Shown here: piece after piece, positions 9,617 to 18,772 of the stretch
Layout of the letters: each line of letters begins with the position of its first letter
How positions within the stretch are numbered: position 1 is the stretch's first letter
NCBI GenBank assembly: GCA_963809895.1
Contig: CAWELD010000003.1
Location: 3,200,001 to 3,264,000, forward strand
DNA: 64,000 nt
DNA from: an uncultured Gemmatimonadales bacterium
GTDB taxonomy: Bacteria > Gemmatimonadota > Gemmatimonadetes > Longimicrobiales > Gaopeijiaceae
Reading direction: 5' to 3'
Made by a program: the position numbers and the translations under genes
Notes under the pieces: model-generated
Database searches by the model: none
Seen by the model: only the letters and a program-made list of their open reading frames with translations
What the model was told of the DNA's origin: nothing

Positions 9617-11203
9617 ATGACCGACCTGCCCTCCCGCCAGTCCGCTGCCCTCTCCGACCGCGACCGCATCGGGCGGCCCGGCGAGCTCCTCTCGGAGCGG
9701 GTGGCGGGGGGGATGCTCCCGCGCGTCCTCAACACCTTCGACATGGTCGCGATCTTCGTGTCGATCGTGCTGTTCATCACCAACGCGGCGGTCATCCAGA
9801 GCGCGGGCCCCGCGGCCTTCGGCTGGTGGATCATCGGATTCCTGGCCTTCCTGATCCCCGGCGCCATCGTCACCGGTCAGCTGGGCCGCATGTTCCCCGG
9901 CGAGGGCTCCATCTACCTGTGGACCCAGAAGGCGTTCGGCCCGTTCTGGGGATTCTTCGCGGGATTCTGCGCGTGGTGGCCCGGAGTGCTCGTCATGGTC
10001 GCCACCGGCACCGTGGTGCTCAGCTACCTGGGCTACGTGTTTCCGTCGACCATCGGCTCGGCCGGCGTGCAGGCGCAGGGCGCGCTCATCATCGCCTTCA
10101 TCGTGGCCTCGGCGGTGCTGGCCAACCAGCGCTTCCGCCTGACCCAGAACATCGTCAACGTCGTGTTCGTGCTCTACGCGCTGGCCATCGGGCTCGTGGT
10201 CCTGGCCGGCGTGGTGCACGTGGCCGGCGGCGAGCCGGTGGCGACCGACCCCACCCAATGGTCGGCCTGGGCGCCCTCGGCACCCACCGGCCTCAACCTC
10301 GGCAACTGGAGCTTCTTCGGCCTGGTGGTGCTCGCGCTCCTGGGCGTGGAAGTGCCCCTCAACATGGGCGTGGAGATCAAGCACGAGCGCTCCATCACCC
10401 GTTATCTCCTGTGGGGATCGCTGGCCGTGATGGTGGCCTACCTGCTGTGCACCTGGTCCGTGATGGTGACCGTGCCCTCCGCCGGCGGCGAGTCCGCCGA
10501 GGTGACGGCGCTGGCTACCGCCGTGGGCACCACCCTGGGCGCCGCGGCCGGCAAGTTCGTGGCGATCCTCCTGGCCGGCTTCTTCCTGTTCATCACCGTG
10601 GTCTACAACTTCTCGTTCGCCCGCCTGGTGTTCGTCTCCGGACTCGATCAGACGCTCCCCGCGGCCATGGCCAGGGTGAACCGGCACCGGGTGCCCAGCA
10701 ACGCGGTGTGGGCCCAGACGGTGATCGCCTCGCTGTTCGCGCTGGTGGCCTTCATCGCGCTCCCGTCACTGGGCATCGGTGGCGGACGCCCCATCGACAT
10801 CCAGACCCGCACCTACGACGTGCTTCAGGCCGCCGTCACCGTGATCTGGTGCCTCTCCATGGTGGTGCTCTTCGTCGACGTGGTGATCATCATCCGGCGC
10901 TTCCTGCCCCGCTACCAGGAGACCAGGATGGCGCGCCCCGCCGTGTTCTACGCCTGCGCGGCCATCGGCGGCCTGTCCACGCTGATCGCCATGATCGCCA
11001 CTCTGAGCGGCTCCTGGACGCCGCTCATCTCCAACGATTCCGGTACCCTCGCCATGGGCGGCGCCGAGATCGCCTACGGGACCTGGTTCTATCTCGTCGG
11101 GGGGATGGCCGCGCTGTCGCTGCTGGTCGCGGTGGTCGTCTACTGGCTCGGCAACTTCTCGCGCGCGCGCGCGATGCGGGAAGTCGCTCCCGGGCAGGAG
11201 TAG
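9617..11203 (+). CDS. APC-family amino acid permease
   Basis: LGRMFPGEGSIYLWTQKAFGPFWGF; about 12 TM segments. Confidence 0.85.
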   Translation: MTDLPSRQSAALSDRDRIGRPGELLSERVAGGMLPRVLNTFDMVAIFVSIVLFITNAAVIQSAGPAAFGWWIIGFLAFLIPGAIVTGQLGRMFPGEGSIYLWTQKAFGPFWGFFAGFCAWWPGVLVMVATGTVVLSYLGYVFPSTIGSAGVQAQGALIIAFIVASAVLANQRFRLTQNIVNVVFVLYALAIGLVVLAGVVHVAGGEPVATDPTQWSAWAPSAPTGLNLGNWSFFGLVVLALLGVEVPLNMGVEIKHERSITRYLLWGSLAVMVAYLLCTWSVMVTVPSAGGESAEVTALATAVGTTLGAAAGKFVAILLAGFFLFITVVYNFSFARLVFVSGLDQTLPAAMARVNRHRVPSNAVWAQTVIASLFALVAFIALPSLGIGGGRPIDIQTRTYDVLQAAVTVIWCLSMVVLFVDVVIIIRRFLPRYQETRMARPAVFYACAAIGGLSTLIAMIATLSGSWTPLISNDSGTLAMGGAEIAYGTWFYLVGGMAALSLLVAVVVYWLGNFSRARAMREVAPGQE

Positions 11204-11290
11204 CCGGGGGACTTTCCAGGGCGGACGCCCTCCCCTCGATCCGTCCCGGTCCGTCATGGCTTCGCCCCGCTCCACGGGCGTCTTTCCGTC

Positions 11291-12394
11291 ATGGACACCT
11301 CACAGAAGCGCGCCCCGCCCCGTCGTCCATGCCTGGTCCGCGTGGCCGACCGCGGCGACGTGCTGGAGATCGCGTTCGGCCGGGGATTCACCGAGTCCGA
11401 TGTCGCCACCGTGAAGGCGCTCCCCCAGCGCCGCTGGGACGCCGAGCGGAGCGTCTGGATCGTGCCCAAGGCCGAGGGCGTCGACGAGGCGCTCGAGCGA
11501 AGCTTCGGCGCCCGCATCCGACGCACCCGGGCCGAGCCGCCCGCGAACCCCGAGGGTCCCGAGACCCTCCTGGACCGCACCCGCACCGAGCTCGTCATCC
11601 GGGGCTACGCGAGGCGCACACAGAAGATCTACCTCGGCCACCTGCGCCGCTTCCTGGAGTGGTGCGACCACGACCTCGGCTCCGATCCTCCTCGCCGCAT
11701 GCGTGCCTACCTGCTCCACCTGGTGGAGGACCGGGGCGCCTCGCGGAGCTATCACAACCAGGCCGTCAGCGCCCTGAAGCTCCTGTGCGAAGCGGTGCTC
11801 GGCGAGCCCCGCCTGGCCGAGCGGGTCCCCCGCCCCAAGCCCGAGAAGCGCCTGCCACAGGTCTTGAGCCGCGCCCAGGTGCGTCGCCTCGTGAACCAGA
11901 TCCGCCATCCCAAGCACCGCGCCATCGTTCTCCTGCTCTATTCCGCGGGACTCCGGGTCGGCGAGGTCGTCCGGCTCAAGAAGGAGGACCTGGACACCGA
12001 CCGCGGCCTCCTGCGCGTGCGCCAGGGCAAGGGCAGCAAGGACCGCTACACCCTGCTCTCCACCCGTGCCCTCGAAGCCGTCCGCATCTATCAAGCCGCG
12101 TATCCTTCAGAGGAGCGCTGGCTCTTTCCCGGCGAGCGCAGGGGGCGCCACTACGGCAGCCGCTCCGTGCAGAGGATCGTCCGCGAGGCCGCCCGCAAAG
12201 CCGGCCTCGGCGAGCACGTCACGCCCCACGTGCTCCGTCACTCCTTCGCCACCCACCTACTCGAGGCCGGCACCGACCTCCGCTACATCCAGGAGCTCCT
12301 CGGCCACAAGAGCAGCCGCACCACCGAGATCTACACCCACGTCAGCTCCACCCGCCTGGCGGCCATCCGGAGTCCGCTGGACGAGGAGGGGTGA
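11291..12394 (+). CDS. tyrosine recombinase (integron-integrase-like, lacking the IntI insertion) with an extra N-terminal HARP/DUF5710-like domain
   Basis: SAM-like RGYARRTQKIYLGHLRRF; catalytic YSAGLRVGE, GKGSKDR, HVLRHSFATH, LLGH and TTEIYTH; N-terminal VKALPQRRWDAERSVWIVP. Confidence 0.9.
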   Translation: MDTSQKRAPPRRPCLVRVADRGDVLEIAFGRGFTESDVATVKALPQRRWDAERSVWIVPKAEGVDEALERSFGARIRRTRAEPPANPEGPETLLDRTRTELVIRGYARRTQKIYLGHLRRFLEWCDHDLGSDPPRRMRAYLLHLVEDRGASRSYHNQAVSALKLLCEAVLGEPRLAERVPRPKPEKRLPQVLSRAQVRRLVNQIRHPKHRAIVLLLYSAGLRVGEVVRLKKEDLDTDRGLLRVRQGKGSKDRYTLLSTRALEAVRIYQAAYPSEERWLFPGERRGRHYGSRSVQRIVREAARKAGLGEHVTPHVLRHSFATHLLEAGTDLRYIQELLGHKSSRTTEIYTHVSSTRLAAIRSPLDEEG

Positions 12395-12484
12395 GCGAAG
12401 GACTCACGGAGTGGCCGCGACCAGCGCATCTCACCCACGCCCGGGTTAGATTGCCACTGATCGCGCACTCGACGGAGGGGCGCC

Positions 12485-12691
12485 ATGGCGGAAGTGACAG
12501 TGTCGACCAGGTACCGGATCGTAATCCCCAAAGCGGTACGGGAGACGCTCGGGGTCGAGATCGGCCAGAAGCTCCAGGCCTTCGCGGGCCCACGTCAGAT
12601 CATCCTCGTCCCCGTGGAGCCCCTACCCGTCATGAGGGGATTCCTGAGCAGGCTCGAGAACGACTTCGACCGCGCACTCGATGAAGGGTGA
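12485..12691 (+). CDS. AbrB/MazE/SpoVT-family antitoxin-like protein (no adjacent toxin)
   Basis: VSTRYRIVIPKAVRETLGVEIGQKL; GGAGG RBS. Confidence 0.8.
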   Translation: MAEVTVSTRYRIVIPKAVRETLGVEIGQKLQAFAGPRQIILVPVEPLPVMRGFLSRLENDFDRALDEG

Positions 12692-12959
12692 CGGCAGCGC
12701 GGGCCCGCCCCTCAGACGGTGGCAAGTGGCCTGCGTCATCGAGGGCGTAGCACTGATGATCGGGCTCGTGATGCCCGTCACGCCCAGTAAGACCGGATCC
12801 GATTGGAGCATGGCGCAGCTTGTCTTCCCGGAGCCCTCGTACCTCCAGGAGGTGCTCGTCTACTTCGTGCTGACGAACCTTCTGATCGTCGCGTTCGTCG
12901 GAACCCTGTGGCTGTTCGTCCGGCTCGAGCAGCGGCGCCCGAAGGCCTCGGGGGATTAG
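12681..12959 (+). CDS. small two-TM hypothetical protein
   Basis: Two hydrophobic segments. Confidence 0.5.
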   Translation: MKGDGSAGPPLRRWQVACVIEGVALMIGLVMPVTPSKTGSDWSMAQLVFPEPSYLQEVLVYFVLTNLLIVAFVGTLWLFVRLEQRRPKASGD

Positions 12960-13143
12960 GGGCCGATCCTCGCCGCCCAACCCACCGAGGCCCAAGCATT
13001 GCGGCTAGGGTGTGCCCGGTGCAATATGAAGTCGGGGGATTCACGAGGCGCAGAGGCCAGGGCCCGAAGAGGACCTAAGGCCCGACCACACCTTCGGAAA
13101 TCTCCGGGCGATGGGCGAACTCGTGCCAGACACACCCAACGCC

Positions 13144-13158
13144 CATAAGGAGTTATGC
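13144..13158 (+). other. candidate primary (attI-like) recombination site
   Basis: CATAAGGAGTTATGC; GTTATGC starts the first cassette; shares AAGGAG(T/C)TA with the sites at 23825 and 27253. Confidence 0.5.
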
Positions 13159-13472
13159 AAAATGCGGTGGTGCGGCCTGGGTCGCTGGCGCCGGACGAAG
13201 CCTTCGGAAAAGGGCGAGCGATCGGGTCGAGTGACCGCCTCCCCAGCCCCTCTTCATGGGTTGGCACCCTTCCCTTTCCCGACCCATTCTAAGCCGGCCA
13301 TGGCTTCGATCCCCGAGCTCCGGCAGGGGCTGGGTTCGGCTACCATCGTCGCCCCGGGGTCCAACTCAGCCTTCGAGAGGCAACGGCTTCCTCCGGCCTA
13401 CGGCTCCTCGCCGGGCTGCGGTACGTGGGCCATCGGTGATCACTCCGCAGCACCTCACGCACTCTGCATAAC
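13152..13472 (+). ncRNA. ORF-less structured cassette, copy 1 (putative ncRNA or ssDNA element)
   Basis: Bounded by GTTATGC/GCATAAC; nested stems CCCAGCCCCT/AGGGGCTGGG, ATGGGTTGG/CCGACCCAT and GCTGCGG/CCGCAGC. Confidence 0.55.
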
Positions 13473-13632
13473 AACAAGGCTTCCGGCTCCGCGCCCGCCG
13501 TGCACGGCGCGGCCTCCGCGCAACCGGCCCACGACCAAGTGGAAGACCCTGGCGAAGCCGGCAGCAACTCAGCGTAACCTGCGAGTCGAACGATTGGACG
13601 GGGGCCGGTTCGGAAGCCCCGTCACGTTATGC
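13466..13632 (+). repeat. attC-like site, family A (167 bp)
   Basis: GCATAAC-aacaa-GGCTTCCG...CGGAAGCC-ccgtcac-GTTATGC. Confidence 0.85.
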
Positions 13633-13941
13633 AAAATGCGTGGTGCGGCCTGGGTCGCTGGCGCCGGACGAAGCCTTCGGAAAAGGGCGAGCAATCGGGT
13701 CAGATGACCGCCTCCCCAGCCCCTCTTCATGGGTGGATGCCCTTCCCTTTCCCGGCCCATTCTAAGCCGGCCATGGCTTCGATTCCCGAGCTCCGGCAAG
13801 GGGCTGAGATCGGCTACCGTCGTCGCCCTGGGGTCCAACTCAGCCCTCGGCGGCCCGGCTTCCTCCGGCCTACACTCCTCGCCAGGCTGCGGTACATGGG
13901 CCATCGATGTCACTCCGCAGCACCCACGCACTCTGCATAAC
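13626..13941 (+). ncRNA. ORF-less structured cassette, copy 2
   Basis: Tandem diverged copy of 13152-13472 with indels that break any shared reading frame. Confidence 0.55.
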
Positions 13942-14100
13942 AACAACGCTTCCGGCTCCGCGCCACGCCTGAACGGCGCGGCCTCCGCGCAACCGGCCCA
14001 CGAGCAGGTGGAAGACCCTGGCGGAGCCGGCAGCAATCAGCGTAACCTGCGAGTCGAACGATTGGACGGGGGCCGGTTCGGAAGCCCCGACACGTTATCG
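13935..14100 (+). repeat. attC-like site, family A
   Basis: GCATAAC...GCTTCCG...CGGAAGC...gacac-GTTATCG. Confidence 0.85.
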
Positions 14101-14173
14101 GGCAGCGCGGAATCGGCGTGTCTGGAAGTACGGTTGTACGATGCTCGGCAACTGAGACGTGCGTGGTGTTCTC

Positions 14174-14341
14174 ATGGCAAACAGCGCGAAATCCCTTCAG
14201 AGAGTCCTGGCGGCCTTGGTGGGGTTGGGCCTTGGTGGTGTGGGGTCTGGCGTGTTGGTCATGCTGTGGGGCATCGCAGGTTGGCCCCTCTTGATTCCAA
14301 TGCTCGTGGGCCTCGCAGCGGGCGCGATGTTCGGGGATTGA
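14174..14341 (+). CDS. small membrane protein cassette (possibly truncated by a nonsense codon)
   Basis: Two TM segments; the frame continues GIGLLARALAGL after the TGA; cassette ends GTTATCGGGC/GCCCGATAAC. Confidence 0.5.
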   Translation: MANSAKSLQRVLAALVGLGLGGVGSGVLVMLWGIAGWPLLIPMLVGLAAGAMFGD

Positions 14342-14423
14342 GGAATCGGCCTCTTGGCCCGTGCCCTCGCTGGGCTGTAGTCGACCGGAGTCGGTGGATT
14401 GGGGAATGGTGGGCGGCGCCGCC

Positions 14424-14513
14424 CGATAACAATGCGGGTGGCGCCTGCGCTCGCTACGCTCGCTCCGGGGAACACGGCACGCGATGCGCGCCGCGCCGGA
14501 CCCTTGGAACGTT
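14424..14513 (+). repeat. attC-like site, family B, with its right box split by an IS1111
   Basis: CGATAAC...GGGT...ACCC-ttggaac-GTT, then the IS; ATGTGC resumes at 16019. Confidence 0.75.
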
Positions 14514-16018
14514 GATATGGAAGGGCCTGTCAAGGTATGTAGCGCGAAGTGTGGGGAGCCCGGGGCGGCTTCGACGATGAATCCTGCTGATATTCGATGG
14601 TTGAGCCCGTCAGGGCCCAGAGCATCAGGAGACGGATTCGTCGGGAGCTGGCTGGAGTCTATTCGCGGGGATTGGGCGCTGGGCCGTACCCCGTAACGTT
14701 TTCGGGCGTTCTCCTATCGTGCCCCGAGACTCCCCAATGTTCGCTCGCTGGTTGAATCAGGCGGCGCGGCTCACCTCCTGAAGCTGAGAGACATCCACGT
14801 CGCGGAGGACGGCCCAGAGGAAGCCGACCATCTCGCGGGCGACGGCCGTGGCGGCCACCGGCCTGGGCTTCTTGGCGGCGAGTCGATGGAAGAGAGTGTA
14901 GAGGCGATGCTGACACTTCCAGGCGTGCTGAATGACGGCGGGATCCTGGCCGCGTTGACGGCGGCGGAGGGACGCGCCGACGGCCGGGCGCTTCCGATAG
15001 TGCCATGCAGCCTGGATCAGGATATGGCGGCACACGTGTGTTGCCGGCCTTGGTGATGGCGCCCAGGCGTCGCCGCTCTCCCGAGGAGTGCTCGCTGGGG
15101 ATGAGGCCGACGTAGGCCATGAGCTGGCGCGGACTCTCGAAGCGGCGAACGTCGCCGAGCTCGGTAGCGAGGACCATGGCGGCCTGGGTCTTGAAGCCGC
15201 GGAAGCAGCGGAGGCGGTCGACCAGGGGCTTGTAGCGCGGCGTGAGGGCGAGGTCCTCGATGCGACGGTCCAGCTCGTCGCGTCGCTGGAGCTTGTACTC
15301 GAGCAGCGCGAGGTACTCCGAGAGCACGATCTGGTCTTCGTCGGCGAAGGTGCCGGGGTCGAGCATGTGGCGGATCCAGTCGAGGTGGCGCACGGTCCAG
15401 TGGGTGCCCTCGCGATAGATGAAGCCTCGGCGGCGCATGAACTTGAGGATATAGTGGCGCGATTTGACGATCTCGCGCTGGAAGGTCTCGCGGCAGCGGA
15501 CCAAGTCGCGCACCCGCTCGTCGGCCTCGGTGGGCACGTGAATGAGGACGAGGCGGTCGTCACGGAAGTCACGAGCGATCTTGATGGCGTCGCGGCGGTC
15601 GGACTTGCGGTGCTCGCCCGGCCGCGCGCGGGATCAGCGAGGGCGCGGCCAGATCGCAGGGCGACGCCCCAGTCGACGAGGGAGCGCTGGAGCACGTAAC
15701 CCGCACCCGAGGCCTCGTAGCAGGCGCGCACGGACGCCCTCGGCTTGGAGCCGCTGGAAGTAGCGGCGGACTTTGCGGAGATCGTAGGGGAGGCGGTCGA
15801 CGCGCATGGGCTCCGGATCACGGTCCCGGAACACGGCCGCAGTGACGGAATCCTTGTGGACGTCGAGGCCGACCCAGAAGATTGGGGCACGATGGGATGA
15901 TGACATGGGGCTGGTCTCCTGTCGGTTGCGGCTCGACCGCCGCATGTGGCGCTGGCGTTGCCTCTCACGCGACGCTAATCCACGACATCCGCGGGAGGCC
16001 AGCCCTTCCATCGTGTCT
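14514..16018 (-). mobile_element. IS110-family, IS1111-type element
   Basis: Sub-terminal IRs ATGGAAGGGC (14517-14526) / GCCCTTCCAT (16002-16011), 3 and 7 nt from the ends; no target duplication; ~240-bp non-coding region downstream of the transposase. Confidence 0.85.
14757..15906 (-). pseudogene. IS110 transposase, frameshifted
   Basis: VGLDVHKDS, CYEASG, DRRDA and GLIPSEHSSG...GAITKAGN motifs spread over three frames. Confidence 0.85.
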
Positions 16019-16071
16019 ATGTGCAATCGCGGGGACGAGAGGTCGCGCGAAGCGGAGCGTTCGACCTGGCG

Positions 16072-16569
16072 ATGATGACAGGAGATGCCTGGGTGGTCGA
16101 GTTTGACCGTAGGAAGCCGTTCGGAATCACGGTGGCCATGGTGTTCCTCGGCCTCCTTGCCAGTCTCGGGTCGGTTGCCGGCCTCGCCAATCTCCTCACG
16201 TCACTCTTCGGCGAAGGGCCGTTCCTAATGAACGGCGTCATCGTGCCAAGGCACGAGTTTCTCCGTTTCGCTCTTCCATTCATTCTATTCTACCTCAGTC
16301 TGTGCACTCTGGCTGGGGCCGCCGCGTGGTCCATCCATGTTGAGCATCCACGTTCCAGGCCCTTGTTGTTGATCTATGCGGCTTCTCTCGTCTTCACGAG
16401 CCCGTGGTCCCTTGCCCTTGGAGTGCCAGCCGCGGACGTGGCCTCATCAACGCTGTCCGCAGCCTTGGTCACAGGATTGGTCTGGTTCTACTTGTATCGA
16501 AAGAAGGCGGTGGTTCAGTACTACGACGCGATCAGGATCGCCCAGATGGCGCGCCCGGAACGACACTAG
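16072..16569 (+). CDS. hypothetical membrane protein (cassette)
   Basis: RKPFGITV...; four TM segments; single ORF filling the cassette. Confidence 0.7.
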   Translation: MMTGDAWVVEFDRRKPFGITVAMVFLGLLASLGSVAGLANLLTSLFGEGPFLMNGVIVPRHEFLRFALPFILFYLSLCTLAGAAAWSIHVEHPRSRPLLLIYAASLVFTSPWSLALGVPAADVASSTLSAALVTGLVWFYLYRKKAVVQYYDAIRIAQMARPERH

Positions 16570-16601
16570 CGGTGGCGCCTCAACGCAATTGTGGCGACCG
16601 C

Positions 16602-16761
16602 ACATAACAACAGGGCGTTCCGGCTCCGGCCGCAGGTGCGGCCTCCGCTGCAACCGGCCCACGAACATGAGGAAGACCCTGGCGCAGCCGGCAGCAATCA
16701 GCGTAACCTGCGAGTCGAACGGTTGGAGCGGGGCCGGTTCGGAAGCCCCTTCACGTTAAGC
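16602..16761 (+). repeat. attC-like site, family A
   Basis: ACATAAC...CGGAAGCCccttcac-GTTAAGC. Confidence 0.85.
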
Positions 16762-17017
16762 GAAGTCGCGACAATCCCTGGTTGGCGCGCATGTTCACCG
16801 TGAGTGGAGGTATGCTATCCGGACTTGGCGATTCCTGGCCGTAGCGACCGCCTGGGTCACTCCCGCCCTTGGCGCTTGCACGGCCGACGAGGAACCGACC
16901 GAAGACACGGCTCCTGCGGCGCGTCTTGAGGAGACGCTGCGTGTCGGATCGGTAGAGGGAGATCTGTCCTTCGGTACGATCCTGAACGTTGCCCGGGGAC
17001 CGGGAGGCCGGACGTAT

Positions 17018-18001
17018 GTGGTCGAGCCGGTCGGGTCTCGAGTCTCGATCCTAGATTCGGACGGGACACGGGTCGGAACGGTCGGTGGCGCCGGCATGGG
17101 CCCAGGGGAGTTTGCTCGTCCAGGTCGGATGGGATGGGTCGGGGACACTCTCTGGATCTTGGACGGGGCGAACTACCGGTTCTCGCTCTTCTCCCAGGCC
17201 GGCGAGTTCATCGGCGAGGTCAATCCGCAGATCGCCGAGCGGCAAGACCCTTCCGACATACCTCCTCGACCCGTGGGTCTCTTGCCGGGCGGCGTCCTCT
17301 TCGCGAGGACTTCGGTGCCCTCCCATCTGGTGGCGCAGGGTGTCATCGACAGCCTCACGTACTACTCGCTCGATCGGGACGGCGCCATTCTCCGAGAGCT
17401 GCATCGCACGCGGGCTACGCCGCCGCTATGGATTCACAACCCGGACTCGCGGAATCCGATCTCGGGCCGCTTCAAGGCACAGCCTTTCGTCACAGGGGAA
17501 CTTGTCGTGCCCAGCCCCGATGGCGCGTTCGTGACCGCCACGGCGAGTGAGGGTCGGACGGTCGTGACGAAGATCAGCCTCGACCTCGATACGATGTGGA
17601 GTCGCACTCTTCCTGTGAGTCCACCCCCACTCTCGGAAGCCACGATCGACAGTCTCATTGAAGCCGAGTCTGAGAGCTTCGCGCGGTCTCCGGCGGCTGA
17701 GGGCGCCACAGCAGCTCGTATCGCGACGTGGGTACGAGATGCTCTGGTGACTCCGGAGGTCAGGCCCGGATTGGAGGAGATGGTCGTCGGTCACGACGCC
17801 AGCATCTGGATCGCTCATCCGGACACTGCCGGAGCTCGGCAGTGGGTGGTTCTCTCGAGCGACGGGAGGGTCCAAGCGAGAGCAGCCCTGTCGCGAGAGG
17901 TGACGGTCTTCGATGGGTGGGAGAACGGACTGATCGGCGTAGTCCACGACGCTCTCGATGTCCCTCGGATCGTGAGGTACGAGCTACGAGGCGGAGGCTA
18001 G
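17018..18001 (+). CDS. 6-bladed beta-propeller lipoprotein (frame open upstream to ~16808; start uncertain)
   Basis: GGAGMGPGEF, GDTLWILD and DALDVPRIVRY; upstream in-frame lipobox LGAC. Confidence 0.75.
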   Translation: MVEPVGSRVSILDSDGTRVGTVGGAGMGPGEFARPGRMGWVGDTLWILDGANYRFSLFSQAGEFIGEVNPQIAERQDPSDIPPRPVGLLPGGVLFARTSVPSHLVAQGVIDSLTYYSLDRDGAILRELHRTRATPPLWIHNPDSRNPISGRFKAQPFVTGELVVPSPDGAFVTATASEGRTVVTKISLDLDTMWSRTLPVSPPPLSEATIDSLIEAESESFARSPAAEGATAARIATWVRDALVTPEVRPGLEEMVVGHDASIWIAHPDTAGARQWVVLSSDGRVQARAALSREVTVFDGWENGLIGVVHDALDVPRIVRYELRGGG

Positions 18002-18094
18002 CGGGGTTCGACGGACCGACCGCTGCTTCCTCCTCCAGAGGTCGGGCGCGTTGGCGCCGAAGGCCGGCGCGATGTGCGTCTCGATTGCGACCTC

Positions 18095-18258
18095 GCTTAA
18101 CTGCGGGCTTCCGGCTCCGCGCCGCTGAACGCGGCGCTCCGTCCCAACTGGCCGCGGCCGTCAGCGGAAGGGTCTGGCGGTCAGGCTGCGGGCGAACGTA
18201 CTCTGGCCACCTGAAGCACTGCTGACGGGGCCAGTTCGGAAGCCCTGACACGTTATGC
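18095..18258 (+). repeat. attC-like site, family A variant
   Basis: GCTTAAC-tgc-GGGCTTCCG...CGGAAGCCC-tgacac-GTTATGC. Confidence 0.85.
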
Positions 18259-18566
18259 CCAATGTGGAGGCGCGTCGTGATCGCGGGCACCGGAGGAAGC
18301 CTTCGATAGGTCGCGAGCGAGAAGGTCAGTTGACCGCCTCCCCAGCCCCTCTTCAGGGGTTGGCACCCTTCCCTTTCCCGACCCCTTGAGCCAGCCATGG
18401 CTTCGATCCTCGAGCTCCGGCTTGGGGCTGGGTTCGGCTACCATCGTCGCCCCGGCGCGCAACCCAGCCTTCGAGAAGCAAGGGCTTCCTCCGGTTTCGG
18501 CTCGTCGCCGGGCTGCGGTACGCGGGCGATCCCGACCACTTCCCAGCGCCTCCCCACAGGCATAAC
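18252..18566 (+). ncRNA. ORF-less structured cassette, copy 3 (more diverged)
   Basis: Same core as 13152-13472 with compensatory stem changes. Confidence 0.55.
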
Positions 18567-18729
18567 AACAAGGCTTCCGGCTCCGCGCCACGCCGTTGAA
18601 CGGCGCGGCGCTCCGTCCCAACCGTCCCACGACCAAGCGGAGGACCCTGGCGGAACCGGCTGCTCTCAGCGTACCCTGCGAGTCGAACGGTTGGACGGGG
18701 GCCGGTTCGGAAGCCCCTTCACGTTAGGC
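18560..18729 (+). repeat. attC-like site, family A (170 bp)
   Basis: GCATAAC-aacaa-GGCTTCCG...CGGAAGCC-ccttcac-GTTAGGC. Confidence 0.85.
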
Positions 18730-18772
18730 GTAATGTTCCGTGCCAAGTTATCCATTGTGACGGAGACAACTG

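Noticed and set aside
11291..12394. Calling the recombinase intI, xerC or xerD
   Set aside because: It lacks the IntI insertion, and it has an extra N-terminal domain and an array context unlike housekeeping Xer genes; the symbol is left blank.
9607..12684. 1025-aa ORF on the + strand
   Set aside because: Arg/Pro/Gly-rich shadow frame overlapping the permease and integrase, typical of high-GC DNA.
13152..13472. Group II intron, RNase P or known ribozyme identity for the ORF-less cassette
   Set aside because: I found no domain V, RNase P or hammerhead/HDV/twister consensus by eye; an Rfam search is still needed.
14339..14341. In-frame TGA in the small membrane gene as selenocysteine
   Set aside because: No redox-motif context or clear SECIS; a nonsense mutation or true stop is simpler.
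13111..14580. ORFs of 198, 103, 155 and 283 aa across the repeated cassettes
   Set aside because: Frames are not conserved among the three copies and they run through recombination sites.
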